Shown piece by piece: positions 7,096 to 17,630 of a stretch of DNA of 64,000 bases (position 1 is its first letter; every line of letters starts with the position of its first letter). Below the pieces are notes generated by a model, which searched no databases, was not told the DNA's origin, and saw nothing but the letters and a program-made list of their open reading frames with translations. The position numbers were made by a program, and so were the translations under genes. This DNA comes from a virus. Lineage: Duplodnaviria; Caudoviricetes. The stretch is taken from positions 32,001 to 96,000 of IMG/VR virus record IMGVR_UViG_3300032265_002598. One strand, given 5' to 3'.

Positions 7096-9097
7096 AGATG
7101 CTTGGTTGAATCTTGGAGATGTCTCCGAGCTTATTCTTCCAAATAATCCAATGATACACAGAATCAAGAAGGATATAGAAAATCCTGACTTGCATCTTCT
7201 TAGACTTTTAAGAAATCCCAAATACTTAGGATCAACATGTAAACTTCTCTTTAATATAGAACTCCATCCTATTCAAATTGCTATTCTTCAAGAATTTTGG
7301 AATCGACCTTTCCCTATGTATATAGCTTCTCGTGGTTGGGGTAAGTCATTCCTTCTTGCTTTGTATTCGGTTTTACGATGTATGTTTTATCCTGGAACCA
7401 AGATTGTTATTGTGGGTGCTGCATTTAGACAGAGTAAAATTATCTTTGAATACATGGAAACAATATGGAGAGGTAGTCCGATTCTAAGAAGTATTTTCAA
7501 TGGTAATGATGATGGCCCAAGAAGAGACGTTGATCGATGTACTATTCGTTTGGGTGACAGCTGGACTATCGCGGTACCAATGGGTGACGGTAGTAAGATT
7601 AGAGGTTTAAGAGCACATATCATTATTGCAGACGAATTTGCATCTATTAGTCCTGATATTTACGAAACAGTTGTATCAGGTTTCGCCGCCGTATCTGCTA
7701 GTCCTATTCAGAATGTTAAAGAACATGCGAAAAAAGCAGCAATGAGTGAGGCTGGATTATGGAACGAAGAATTAGAAGCACTAGATACAAAGATGGGTAA
7801 TCAAGCTATAATATCCGGTACTGCTGATTATTCATTTAAACATTTTGCTAGCTATTGGAGAAGATACAAAGCTATTATTGAAAGCAAAGGAGATATTAGG
7901 AAGCTTGAAGATCTTTTTAAAGGAGAAGTTCCTAGTAATTTCAACTGGAAAGATTATTCAATCATTCGTATTCCATACGAATTAATTCCTAAAGGTTTCA
8001 TGGATGATAAACAAGTTAGTAGAGCTAAAGCTACTATTCATACTGGTATCTATAACATGGAATATGCTGCATGTTTTACAGCAGATAGTGATGGATTTTT
8101 CAAACGTAGTTTAATTGAAAATTGTGTTGTTAATGATTCTAGTCCAATTGTTATTAATAATAAACCTATTATATTTGATCCTATTGTTACAGGAAATACA
8201 TCTCTTCAATATGTTTATGGCATCGATCCAGCATCCGAACAAGATAATTTTAGTATTGTAGTATTAGAAATTTATCCTGATCATAGTAGAATTGTATATG
8301 TATGGACTACTAATAGAAGTAATTTTAAAGAAAGACAAAAAACAGGATTAGTAAAAGAATATGATTTTTATGGATTCTGTGCTAGAAAGATTCGTAATCT
8401 CATGAAAACCTTCCCTTGTTCTAGAATCGGTATGGATGCACAAGGTGGTGGTGTGGCAATTGAAGAAGCTTTACATGACCCTAGTAAACTAGAAGACGGA
8501 GAACATCTTATCTGGCCAGTTATAGATTACAATAAAGCTAGAGACACAGATGACCAAGCTGGTTTACATATGCTAGAACTAGTTCAGTTTGCCAAGGCTG
8601 ATTGGACAGCTCAAGCTAATCATGGATTAAGAAAAGATTTAGAAGACAAAGTATTATTGTTTCCTAGATTTGATTCTTTAACATTAGGTTTAGCTTTAGA
8701 TAAAGAAGGAAAAGATATTTTAGGTTCTGATCTAAATCCGATCTATGATAGTCTTAGTGAATGTATATTAGAAATTGAAGACCTAAAGAGTGAATTGACA
8801 ACTATTGTAATGACACAAACTAGCACAGGTTCTGGTGGACGAGATCGATGGGATACTCCAGAAGTCAAATTGCCTAATGGTAAAAGAGGTCGATTAAGAA
8901 AAGACCGATATAGTGCTTTAGTTATTGCTAATATGCTTGCTAGACAAATGAACAGAGCTTTACAGGCTGTTAAGTATGAAGTTATAGGCGGAAATGCCAA
9001 AGATGTTGTAGGTCAAAAAGGCAGTATGTACAAGGGACCAGACTGGTTTACATCCTCAGCAAATGATGACGATATTTATACAGGTATTTATAGATAA
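7061..9097 (+). CDS. terL: Terminase large subunit
   Basis: Walker A ASRGWGKS, IRGLRAHIIIADEF (Walker B), RNase H-type YGIDPA and C-terminal KDRYSA; precedes the portal. Confidence 0.93.
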   Translation: MKDHQNQKKIFEDAWLNLGDVSELILPNNPMIHRIKKDIENPDLHLLRLLRNPKYLGSTCKLLFNIELHPIQIAILQEFWNRPFPMYIASRGWGKSFLLALYSVLRCMFYPGTKIVIVGAAFRQSKIIFEYMETIWRGSPILRSIFNGNDDGPRRDVDRCTIRLGDSWTIAVPMGDGSKIRGLRAHIIIADEFASISPDIYETVVSGFAAVSASPIQNVKEHAKKAAMSEAGLWNEELEALDTKMGNQAIISGTADYSFKHFASYWRRYKAIIESKGDIRKLEDLFKGEVPSNFNWKDYSIIRIPYELIPKGFMDDKQVSRAKATIHTGIYNMEYAACFTADSDGFFKRSLIENCVVNDSSPIVINNKPIIFDPIVTGNTSLQYVYGIDPASEQDNFSIVVLEIYPDHSRIVYVWTTNRSNFKERQKTGLVKEYDFYGFCARKIRNLMKTFPCSRIGMDAQGGGVAIEEALHDPSKLEDGEHLIWPVIDYNKARDTDDQAGLHMLELVQFAKADWTAQANHGLRKDLEDKVLLFPRFDSLTLGLALDKEGKDILGSDLNPIYDSLSECILEIEDLKSELTTIVMTQTSTGSGGRDRWDTPEVKLPNGKRGRLRKDRYSALVIANMLARQMNRALQAVKYEVIGGNAKDVVGQKGSMYKGPDWFTSSANDDDIYTGIYR

Positions 9098-9098
9098 C

Positions 9099-9116
9099 AG
9101 TGTATAAAAACATTAA
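9099..9116 (+). promoter_or_regulatory. Candidate late promoter (variant AGTGTAT...)
   Basis: Intergenic variant of the GGTGTA motif found before five other late gene blocks. Confidence 0.4.
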
Positions 9117-9153
9117 TTGAATTGCAATTACATTACAATAGTATTAAAAAAAT

Positions 9154-11358
9154 ATGGCTAAAAAATATCCAAAAAGTGACGTTATCAATGATGCTCAAGT
9201 TACCGGCGAGCAGGCTTATGTTGCATGGGGAGACGATTTAGCCAGTAAACAAGAAGCCCTAAAACAATCTTCCGAATCAATGTCAGAATATACTCTAGTT
9301 CAAAAAGCTAGTAGTATGAGACGGTATGGATTAGATTATTCAAATTTAGATAAGAATACTTCTGGTCGACCAGGATTAACAAGATCTGATTACGACTACT
9401 TCCGTCCAGACGAAGCAGTTCCTCGTGAAATCAAGATGATTATCAGACGAGCAGAAGATATTTATCAAAGAGTTGGTTTAGTAAAAAATGTTATTGATCT
9501 CATGGGTGATTTTGCTAGTCAAGGCATCAGACTAGTTCATAAAAATAAAAGAATAGAAAGATTCTATAGACAATGGTTTAAAAAGATTAGAGGAAAAGAT
9601 CGTAGCGAAAGATTTTTAAACAATTTGTATAAGAGTGGTAATGTTGTTATCAATAGACAAACTGGTAAATTAAGTCTTAAAGTTGCAGATAAACTATATA
9701 ACGCTATTGCTTCTCCAGATTTACAGGTACAAGATTTATCTGAAGTACAATTAGAGAAAAGAGAAATTCCTTGGGTCTATACTTTCATTGATCCTTTTTT
9801 AGTAGATATTGCAGCCGGAGCATTATCTTCATTTACTTCTAGTAAGGCTTATGAGCTACAACTACCACCAGAGCTAAGAAAATTAATTAACAACCCAAAA
9901 ACAGATGCAGAGAAAAAAGTTGTTGCTGGCCTTCCTCCTCAAATTATAGCAGCAGCAAAAAGTAGACTACCTTATCCGCTAGATACTAATAAGACTCTTG
10001 TATACCATTATAAGAAAGATGATTGGCAGTCGTGGGCTTTTCCAATGGTATATGCCATTATGGATGATATCAACGTTATCGAAAAACTAAAGCTAGCAGA
10101 TATGGCTGCTCTTGATGGTGCTATTTCTAATATTCGTATTTTTAAACTAGGCAGTTTAGAACACAAGATTGCTCCTACCAAAGCAGCAACAGCTAAACTG
10201 GCACAAATCCTAGGAAATAATGTTGGTGGTGGTACAATGGATCTTGTTTGGGGACCAGATATTGAACTATTAGAATCCAAAACAGCAGTACATCAATTCT
10301 TGGGCGAGGGCAAATATATTCCTCACATGAATAGCGTATATGCTGGTCTTGGTATTCCTCCAACTCTTACTGGAACCTTTGGAGCGGCTGGAACTACTAA
10401 TAATTTTATTTCACTAAAGACACTAACACAAAGACTACAATACGGCAGAGATGTATTAATAGATTTCTGGGAACAAGAAATTGCTCTAGTACAAAAAGCT
10501 ATGGGATTCAGATATCCAGCTAGAATAGAATTTGATAGAATGGATCTTAGTAATGAAGATAGTGAGAAATCTTTGTTAGTGCAACTAGCAGATAGAAACC
10601 TTGTTTCTGATGAACTTATTCAAACCAGATTTGGTCTTGATCCTGATATGGAAAAATCCAGACTCAATAAAGAATCTAGAGATAGAGATGGAAATAGAAT
10701 GGTCAAAAAAGCTGGTCCTTGGTTTGATCCACAAGTAGAAAATGCTCTTAAGAAAATTGCATTACAAGGTGGTTCAGTAGCTCCTAGTCAAGTTGGACTT
10801 GAACTTGAGAAGAAAAAGAGTGGCGAAAAAACTGCACTCGAAATGAAACAACCCCCTGCGTCTGCACCCTCAACGAAGTTGGCAAATGATTCTCCTGAAT
10901 CTTTGCCAGGATCGCCCGGCCAAGGTAGACCTAAAAATTCTAAAGACACTGAACAGAGGAAGACCAAAGTTTTCAAACCCCAGACCGGAGCTAAACTTTT
11001 ATTATGGGCTTCTGAAGCACAAGACAAGATTAGTCAAATTATCAACCCCATACTGCTAGAGTTTTATAATAAGAAAAATTTGAGAAGTTTATCTAGCGAA
11101 GAGACCAGAGAAATAGATCTTATTAAAACCAAAATTCTATTTACTCTTGACCCCCTATCAGCTATAGCCTCAGATAAAATTATTGACATACTAGATAATC
11201 TTAGTCAGTTTGATAAAAATGAAACAATATTGGCCTATAGTGTATGGCTTAAAGAACTCAAAGCTGATTTAAACAAAGAATTATCTGTTGATGAACACAA
11301 ACAGGCCAAAGCTTCGTTTTATTCTATGGTGTATTCTTCTATAGAAAAAGAGGTATAA
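9154..11358 (+). CDS. Portal protein
   Basis: Position after TerL; GLVKNVIDLMGDF, YKKDDWQSWAFP, AALDGAISNIRIFKLG portal-like segments. Confidence 0.85.
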   Translation: MAKKYPKSDVINDAQVTGEQAYVAWGDDLASKQEALKQSSESMSEYTLVQKASSMRRYGLDYSNLDKNTSGRPGLTRSDYDYFRPDEAVPREIKMIIRRAEDIYQRVGLVKNVIDLMGDFASQGIRLVHKNKRIERFYRQWFKKIRGKDRSERFLNNLYKSGNVVINRQTGKLSLKVADKLYNAIASPDLQVQDLSEVQLEKREIPWVYTFIDPFLVDIAAGALSSFTSSKAYELQLPPELRKLINNPKTDAEKKVVAGLPPQIIAAAKSRLPYPLDTNKTLVYHYKKDDWQSWAFPMVYAIMDDINVIEKLKLADMAALDGAISNIRIFKLGSLEHKIAPTKAATAKLAQILGNNVGGGTMDLVWGPDIELLESKTAVHQFLGEGKYIPHMNSVYAGLGIPPTLTGTFGAAGTTNNFISLKTLTQRLQYGRDVLIDFWEQEIALVQKAMGFRYPARIEFDRMDLSNEDSEKSLLVQLADRNLVSDELIQTRFGLDPDMEKSRLNKESRDRDGNRMVKKAGPWFDPQVENALKKIALQGGSVAPSQVGLELEKKKSGEKTALEMKQPPASAPSTKLANDSPESLPGSPGQGRPKNSKDTEQRKTKVFKPQTGAKLLLWASEAQDKISQIINPILLEFYNKKNLRSLSSEETREIDLIKTKILFTLDPLSAIASDKIIDILDNLSQFDKNETILAYSVWLKELKADLNKELSVDEHKQAKASFYSMVYSSIEKEV

Positions 11359-11361
11359 ATA

Positions 11362-12972
11362 ATGCAAATATTTACAGCAGAACGTGAAGATGGCTTAGAG
11401 GCTAAAATATCCTCATCTGCATCAATTTCTTATGCTTCCATAGCAGAGCCATGTCACCCAAATAAGTCCCAAATCAGAAAATTTAAAAGTTTAGCATCTG
11501 TCCAAGATTCTGATCTATATTATGTTCAGTCTATACTAGTTACTTCTTCATGGAATAAGAATGACGATATTTTTGATAAAGATGAAATATGGATGGCCAG
11601 AAATACTCCAGAAGATAAACCAACAAACCTAGAACATGATGAGAATTTAATTATCGGCCATATTACTAGCAATTGGCCAATCACCGAAGATGGTATTCTT
11701 ATTTCTGAAGATACTCCTATTGAGAATCTTCCAGAAAAGTATCATATTTTAACTGGATCAGTAATCTATAGAGCTTTTACTAGTCCAGAATTAAAAGAAA
11801 GATCTGATAAGCTTATTGCAGAAATAGAGTCTGGTGATATGTTTGTTAGTATGGAGTGTTTCTTTAAAGGTTTTGATTATGGTTTATTAGATAAGTCTAC
11901 AGGAACATATAAAACTTTAGCTCGTAATGAGAATACTGCATATTTAACAAAATACTTAAGAGCTTATGGTGGATTAGGAGAACATGACAATTATAAAATA
12001 GGTAGAGTATTAAGGAATATTACATTTTCTGGTAAAGGATATGTTGAAAAACCAGCTAATCCAGAAAGTATTATTTTTAACAAAAACATAATTGATGACT
12101 TGTTTACTAAAAAAAGTAACGATTTATCAATAGCAGGTGTATCTAACAATCAGTTAACCTCTAAAGTGGAGAATAATATTATGAGTTCAGACAATAAAGT
12201 AGCAGAAACAACCGAAAAGGCCGAAACAGTTACCGAAGCTGTTGTCGCCACAGAATCTGCTCCAGAGGCCACAGTAGAAGCTTCAACAGAAAATACAACA
12301 ATAGAACCTGAAACATCTAGTGCAACAGACGAGCTAATTGCTTCTCTCACAGCTGAAGTCGAAGCCCTCAAAGCTATGAACGAAGCTATGGCTAAGAAAA
12401 TGAAAGCTGATGATTCTACAAAGAAAGAGAATGACGAAGATATGGATGCAGAAGCTAAAAAAATGAAAGAAGAAAAAGAAGCTAAGGATGAAGAAAATAA
12501 GAATCTTAAAGCAGCTTTAGAAGCAGCTAATGAAGTTATTGCTGGCTATAAGATGAAAGAAGAAGAGATGGCCAAGAAAGAAAAGAAGATGAAGAGAAAG
12601 GCCTCTCTACTTGATTGTGGTTTTGATGCTGAATCAGCAGAAGCTACAGTTGAAAAATTTGATAATCTTAATGACGATGCTTTTGAAGCCATGACTAGTT
12701 TATTTGCTGGCAAAATGCCACCATGGTTGGAAAAGATTAAAAAAGATGATAAAACTTCAAAAGACAAAAAAGAAGATGAAGATACTGATACCAAGGAAAA
12801 GAAGAAAGCTTCCGAAGATACAGTAGACGCATCTGCTCTTGACACAGTTGAAGTTGAAGAGGCTGTAAATCTCAGTGTTAGTAGTGAAACATCATCAGTT
12901 GACACCACTCGTGCTGAATTAATTGAATTTGTTTGTGCTAGACTAGGTAAAAAACTTAACAAGGGAGAATAA
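11362..12972 (+). CDS. Prohead protease fused to an acidic/coiled-coil scaffold
   Basis: WNKNDDIF, NLEHD..IIGHI, VSMEC in the N-terminal domain; K/E-rich C-terminal half; between portal and capsid. Confidence 0.8.
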   Translation: MQIFTAEREDGLEAKISSSASISYASIAEPCHPNKSQIRKFKSLASVQDSDLYYVQSILVTSSWNKNDDIFDKDEIWMARNTPEDKPTNLEHDENLIIGHITSNWPITEDGILISEDTPIENLPEKYHILTGSVIYRAFTSPELKERSDKLIAEIESGDMFVSMECFFKGFDYGLLDKSTGTYKTLARNENTAYLTKYLRAYGGLGEHDNYKIGRVLRNITFSGKGYVEKPANPESIIFNKNIIDDLFTKKSNDLSIAGVSNNQLTSKVENNIMSSDNKVAETTEKAETVTEAVVATESAPEATVEASTENTTIEPETSSATDELIASLTAEVEALKAMNEAMAKKMKADDSTKKENDEDMDAEAKKMKEEKEAKDEENKNLKAALEAANEVIAGYKMKEEEMAKKEKKMKRKASLLDCGFDAESAEATVEKFDNLNDDAFEAMTSLFAGKMPPWLEKIKKDDKTSKDKKEDEDTDTKEKKKASEDTVDASALDTVEVEEAVNLSVSSETSSVDTTRAELIEFVCARLGKKLNKGE

Positions 12973-12973
12973 C

Positions 12974-13429
12974 ATGGCTCTTAAACCAGATCGTATCGAA
13001 CTCTTAACAGATATTTCTTTTTTCTCTAACGCAGTTAGTGAAAGAGGCGGCGTAGTTTCTGCTGTAACAAGTGGTTCCGGCGTTGCTATGGATGACGCTA
13101 ATGCTGTTGCTGCTTATGCTGCTGTAGCAAGTGGTGCCAAGCCTCTCGGTATCCTACTCAATGACGTTGTGAATCTTGATCTAACAAGACAGCACATCAA
13201 CTGGCACAAAGATGAAGTACAATTGGGTGGCAAGGTCTCCCTACTTCGTCAGGGTCAAGTAACAACTAATATGTTAGTTGCTGCTATTACTCCTGCTGCT
13301 GGTGTCGATGCCTATGTTGGTGCTAGTGGCCTCATTGGCACATCAAGTACTAATAGTGTGAAAATTGGCACCTTCTTGGGGTCAAAAGATTCTGATGGTT
13401 ATGTCAAATTATCAGTAAACATTGCTTAA
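12974..13429 (+). CDS. Capsid decoration/stabilising protein
   Basis: 151 aa directly upstream of the MCP; PLGILLNDVVN, GQVTTN. Confidence 0.65.
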   Translation: MALKPDRIELLTDISFFSNAVSERGGVVSAVTSGSGVAMDDANAVAAYAAVASGAKPLGILLNDVVNLDLTRQHINWHKDEVQLGGKVSLLRQGQVTTNMLVAAITPAAGVDAYVGASGLIGTSSTNSVKIGTFLGSKDSDGYVKLSVNIA

Positions 13430-13450
13430 GCTTTAACAAGGGAGAAAAAA

Positions 13451-14461
13451 ATGTCAGTTAACACAAAAGCATTTAAACCAACACCCGAACTAACAGATCT
13501 TCTCGTTCGTTCAGGTTCACCAAATAGAGAAGTAGCCTTAGCTGCTAACTCTGAGTTTGCCAAAGCTCTAGAGCTACCACTAAGACAAGGTCTCTTGAGT
13601 GGTGATATTCTTGATGGTATTTTCGAGCCAATTCAACTTGCTCAAAGTGCCACTCCAGAATTTCCACTCGATTTCCTTGCTCCTGGCACGGAAAAAGACT
13701 TTGTGGCCTACACTGTTCCTAACCACGGTTATATTCCAGAGCGTCACGTTGAAGGCGATTACGTCATGGTTCCAACCTATGACATCGGCGCCTCAATTGA
13801 CTACCTCCTAAAATATGCTCGTGATGCTCGCTGGGACGTTGTTGGTCGCGCAATGGAAGTACTAGAAGGTTCATTTGTTAAGAAGATGAATGATGATGGT
13901 TGGCACACATTGCTAGCTGCTGGTGTTGACCGCAACATTGTTGTTTATGACAGCGATGCCTCAAGTGGTCTTTTCACCAAGCGTCTAGTAAGTCTCATGA
14001 AGACAGTTATGCGTCGTAACGGCGGCGGTAACAGTGCTTCTAACAATCGTGGCTTGCTAACAGATCTTTATGTTTCACCAGAGTCAATGGAAGATATCCG
14101 TAGTTGGGGTATCGATCAAGTTGACGAAGTTACTCGTAGAGAAATCTATACAGCTGCTGACGGCACACTAAACCGTGTTTTCAGTATTAATCTTCATGAT
14201 CTTGACGAACTAGGTGAAGGCCAAGAGTATCAACTATTCTATAGTAATGTACTCAGTGGTAGTTTACCAACTGGTAAGAATGAAATTATTGTTGGTCTTG
14301 ATCTACGCAAGAGAGACAGTTTCATAATGCCAGTTCGTGAACAAGTCCAGGTCTTTGAAGACGATACACTACATCGTCAGAAGAGAGCTGGTTTCTATGG
14401 TTGGGCCGAACAGGGCTTCGCTGTTCTAGACAACCGCAGAGTTCTACTCGGCGCTCTATAA
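13451..14461 (+). CDS. Major capsid protein (HK97 fold)
   Basis: Synteny, strong GGGAG RBS, highly biased codons, terminator after; C-terminal GFYGWAEQGFAVLD. Confidence 0.88.
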   Translation: MSVNTKAFKPTPELTDLLVRSGSPNREVALAANSEFAKALELPLRQGLLSGDILDGIFEPIQLAQSATPEFPLDFLAPGTEKDFVAYTVPNHGYIPERHVEGDYVMVPTYDIGASIDYLLKYARDARWDVVGRAMEVLEGSFVKKMNDDGWHTLLAAGVDRNIVVYDSDASSGLFTKRLVSLMKTVMRRNGGGNSASNNRGLLTDLYVSPESMEDIRSWGIDQVDEVTRREIYTAADGTLNRVFSINLHDLDELGEGQEYQLFYSNVLSGSLPTGKNEIIVGLDLRKRDSFIMPVREQVQVFEDDTLHRQKRAGFYGWAEQGFAVLDNRRVLLGAL

Positions 14462-14489
14462 TATCTAGTTACTAGATAAGATTAAAATT

Positions 14490-14528
14490 AGAAGGGTCCA
14501 GTAAATAAATTACTGGCCCTTCTTTTTT
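14490..14528 (+). terminator. Rho-independent terminator after the MCP
   Basis: AGAAGGGTCCAGTAA / TTACTGGCCCTTCT + T6. Confidence 0.85.
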
Positions 14529-14554
14529 ATATCTATAGTGTAGTTTAAGGTTAA

Positions 14555-14572
14555 GGTGTATCTATATAATAG
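14555..14572 (+). promoter_or_regulatory. Candidate late promoter GGTGTA motif
   Basis: GGTGTATCTATATAATAG in the intergenic gap. Confidence 0.6.
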
Positions 14573-14625
14573 ATATTCCAGATTTAATTATACTTGGCCA
14601 ACCATAAATCTTAAGGGCCTAAAAC

Positions 14626-15033
14626 ATGGCAGCAGGTAAATATGACTTTGCTATAGAACAAGGAACCTCTTTTAGAATATCTTTTATCTATAAAGACACA
14701 AATGGAAATCCTATAAATTTAACTGGATGGTGTGCTAGATTAATATGGAAAACTAATCTAAGTACAATACAAACATTTAATTCTCATAATACTGATTATA
14801 GTTTATACAAATTTACTATAGATGAACCAAATGGAAAACTAACTTTACTTATACCAGCTACAACAACTAATGGATTTAATTTTAATACGGCTAAATATGA
14901 TGTAGAGCTACAATCTCCAGATGAACTATATGCTAATGGAGGAGGAAAGTATTTAACTCGTATTCTTTTTGGTACGATTACAGTTGTTAAACGATTTAGT
15001 CAATCATCTAACATATTGGATTGTCAAATATGA
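14626..15033 (+). CDS. Fibre-attachment beta-sandwich protein, paralog of 28395..28835
   Basis: YDFAIEQGTSF...PINLTGWCARLIW...AKYDVELQSP...RILFGTITV. Confidence 0.7.
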   Translation: MAAGKYDFAIEQGTSFRISFIYKDTNGNPINLTGWCARLIWKTNLSTIQTFNSHNTDYSLYKFTIDEPNGKLTLLIPATTTNGFNFNTAKYDVELQSPDELYANGGGKYLTRILFGTITVVKRFSQSSNILDCQI

Positions 15034-15293
15034 GTGATTTTATAGTTGAAATTACAGATACAGATACTAGTATTATTGAAATTGAAACTAGCTATACAGA
15101 TAATGTAAATAATATTGATATTGAAAGATATGAAATTTATAATGTAGATATTATTAACACTGAAAAAATACTACCAAGCGACTTGCCAGATACATATTCT
15201 ATGAATAAAATTATTGGTGATTTATCAGTATATAGAATCTCTGGACTTAACGATTATTTAAACCATTATACTTTTGATTGTGGTACCCCATAA
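15030..15293 (+). CDS. Small acidic fibre-associated protein ending FDCGTP
   Basis: ATGA overlap with the previous gene. Confidence 0.7.
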   Translation: MSDFIVEITDTDTSIIEIETSYTDNVNNIDIERYEIYNVDIINTEKILPSDLPDTYSMNKIIGDLSVYRISGLNDYLNHYTFDCGTP

Positions 15294-15316
15294 CTTTTAA
15301 ATGAAGGTCTATAAAC

Positions 15317-16882
15317 ATGCCAGCACTAACTAGAATACAACTCAGAAGAGGCACTGCGGGAGTGGGGTCTTATCAATGGACCAGTCAAGTTCTATATGCT
15401 GGAGAAATTGGTTATGAAACTGATACAGGAAAATTTAAGGTGGGTGATGGATCAACAATATGGTCATCCTTACCCTATGCTGCTGTTCTTCCTTCAGAAC
15501 TAAATGAGAGTATTGATGATAGAGTAGATGCTCTAGTGGTTGCTGGTACTGGTATTGTTAAGTCATATAATGACTCTGCTAATACTCTTACATTGTCAAG
15601 TCCTTTAAGTGCTGGTAGTGGTATTGTTTTAGGTTATAGTAGTGGTACTTATACTATTAGTGTTAGTAATCCTACTATTGATTCTACCTTGGTTACGGAC
15701 TTTAGTGAAGCAGTTGACGATAGAGTGGCAGCTTTATTATTCGCGGGATCAAATATTCAATTAATATATAATGACTCTGGTAATTCTTTATCAGTTGCTG
15801 TTACTGGAGTTAGTTTGCCTGGACATACTCATACAGCATCTAATATTACGGATTTTAATACAGCAGTAAGAACCAACACACTAGATCAACTATCTGCTCC
15901 AACCTCTTCTGTTTCTTTAAATAGTCAAAAAATTACTAATCTTGCTACCCCAACAAGCGACACCGATGCTGCTACAAAAGCATATGTAGATGCTCTAAAG
16001 CAAGGATTGGACGTTAAACAAAGTGTTAGAGCAGCTACAACTGCTAATATTACTTTAAGTGGCACCCAAACCATAGATGGTGTTGCATTATCTGTTGGAG
16101 ATAGAGTTTTGGTTAAAGATCAAACAATAGCTAGTTTTAATGGTATTTATGTCGTAGCAGCTAGTACATGGTCACGAGATACTGATGCAGATGCTAGCTC
16201 TAAAATTACCGCTGGTATGTTTACCTTTGTTGCTGAAGGAACAACCAACTCAGATTCTGGATGGGTACTAACAACTAATGATTCTATTGTTTTAGGAACA
16301 ACATCTTTAACATTTTCTCAATTTAGTGGAGCTGGCCAAATTACTGCTGGTTCTGGTCTTACCAAAACTGGCAATACTATAGATATTGGTACAGCTAGTT
16401 CAAGCAGAATTGTAGTTAATGCAGACAGTATTGATCTTGCAACAGTTTCCCAAAGTAATTCTAGCGGTTCTGGTTCTTCTGTTATTCAAAGTGTTTCGGT
16501 GGATGCTTATGGACGAGTAACAGGAGTAGTTAGTGGATCAATAAGCGTTGTTGATGCCACATCATCTACTAAAGGTATTGCGACTTTTGATATTGGTGAT
16601 TTTCTAGTTACTAGCGGCAATGTAACAATTAAAACTGCTGGTGTGGATAATGCTCAGTTAGCTAATAGCTCAGTTACTGTTGGGTCCACATCTATTTCTT
16701 TGGGTGCATCAGCTACAACTTTGGCTGGATTATCATCAGTAACTAGCACATCCTTTACCGGGGCTTTGACTGGTAATGCTAGTAGCGCAACAGCACTCCA
16801 GACTGCTCGTACTATCAACGGGACTAGTTTTGATGGGACAGCAAATATTACCATATCATCAATTGACGGTGGAACTCCCTGA
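15317..16882 (+). CDS. Fibre protein with Mtd-N/hyaluronidase-N-like domain, ending IDGGTP
   Basis: RIQLRRGT...LYAGEIGYETDTGKFKVGDG; DAATKAYVD; SGTQTIDGV..VGDRVLVKDQ..NGIYVV. Confidence 0.85.
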   Translation: MPALTRIQLRRGTAGVGSYQWTSQVLYAGEIGYETDTGKFKVGDGSTIWSSLPYAAVLPSELNESIDDRVDALVVAGTGIVKSYNDSANTLTLSSPLSAGSGIVLGYSSGTYTISVSNPTIDSTLVTDFSEAVDDRVAALLFAGSNIQLIYNDSGNSLSVAVTGVSLPGHTHTASNITDFNTAVRTNTLDQLSAPTSSVSLNSQKITNLATPTSDTDAATKAYVDALKQGLDVKQSVRAATTANITLSGTQTIDGVALSVGDRVLVKDQTIASFNGIYVVAASTWSRDTDADASSKITAGMFTFVAEGTTNSDSGWVLTTNDSIVLGTTSLTFSQFSGAGQITAGSGLTKTGNTIDIGTASSSRIVVNADSIDLATVSQSNSSGSGSSVIQSVSVDAYGRVTGVVSGSISVVDATSSTKGIATFDIGDFLVTSGNVTIKTAGVDNAQLANSSVTVGSTSISLGASATTLAGLSSVTSTSFTGALTGNASSATALQTARTINGTSFDGTANITISSIDGGTP

Positions 16883-16901
16883 TTTTAATTAGGATTATTT
16901 A

Positions 16902-17618
16902 ATGAGCAGAATTACTAATATACAGATTAGAAAAGGAACATCAACAGAATGGAGTTCTGCTAATCCAGTATTAGCTAGTGGCGAGCCAGGATATGATATT
17001 ACAAATAAAAGTTTAAAGATAGGTGATGGATCTACGACTTGGTCAAGTTTAAGTAGTATTAATCTATTAACTTCAAATATTACTAATTTTGCTAGTGGCG
17101 TTAATGCTCTTATTGATAATGCTGTTAGCGCAAGTATTGTTGGTGGTAGCGGAGTCGATATCGTATATAGTAGTGGGACAAATACTCTTACTATTAGTAG
17201 TGCTTTAACAGCAGGAAGTGGTATCTTTCTTAGTCAGAATAGTGGTAATTATACTATTTCTTTAAATACTAGTGGTGTTGATAATTCTAAATTAGCTAAT
17301 AGTTCTTTTACTATTGGTTTAACACCAGTTAGTCTTGGTGGAAGTATTACCTCGATATCAGGACTAAGCAGTGTTAGTAGCACATCGTTTGTCGGTGACC
17401 TGACTGGTACTGCTACAAATGCTAATAATATTGAAGTAGATCTTAGTACAAGTAATGTAAATAGTCTTGTATTTGTTAATGGCACAGATGGTAATCTTAA
17501 ACCAAGTGTCAATAATAATCTCAAATTTAATGCATCAAGTAATGAGCTATTTGGTTCATTAAATACAACGCCAACAACAACATTAAAATACTTTACTATA
17601 GATGGTGGAACCCCATAA
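16902..17618 (+). CDS. Short Mtd-N fibre protein, paralog of the previous gene, ending IDGGTP
   Basis: IQIRKGT..EW...NPVLASGEPGYD...KIGDG; shares the GVDNxxLANSS module. Confidence 0.8.
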   Translation: MSRITNIQIRKGTSTEWSSANPVLASGEPGYDITNKSLKIGDGSTTWSSLSSINLLTSNITNFASGVNALIDNAVSASIVGGSGVDIVYSSGTNTLTISSALTAGSGIFLSQNSGNYTISLNTSGVDNSKLANSSFTIGLTPVSLGGSITSISGLSSVSSTSFVGDLTGTATNANNIEVDLSTSNVNSLVFVNGTDGNLKPSVNNNLKFNASSNELFGSLNTTPTTTLKYFTIDGGTP

Positions 17619-17630
17619 TTAAGGTTGTTA

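Noticed and set aside
7061-9097. Intein or intron in TerL
   Set aside because: ATPase and nuclease motifs are at normal spacing; no Hint or LAGLIDADG motifs seen.
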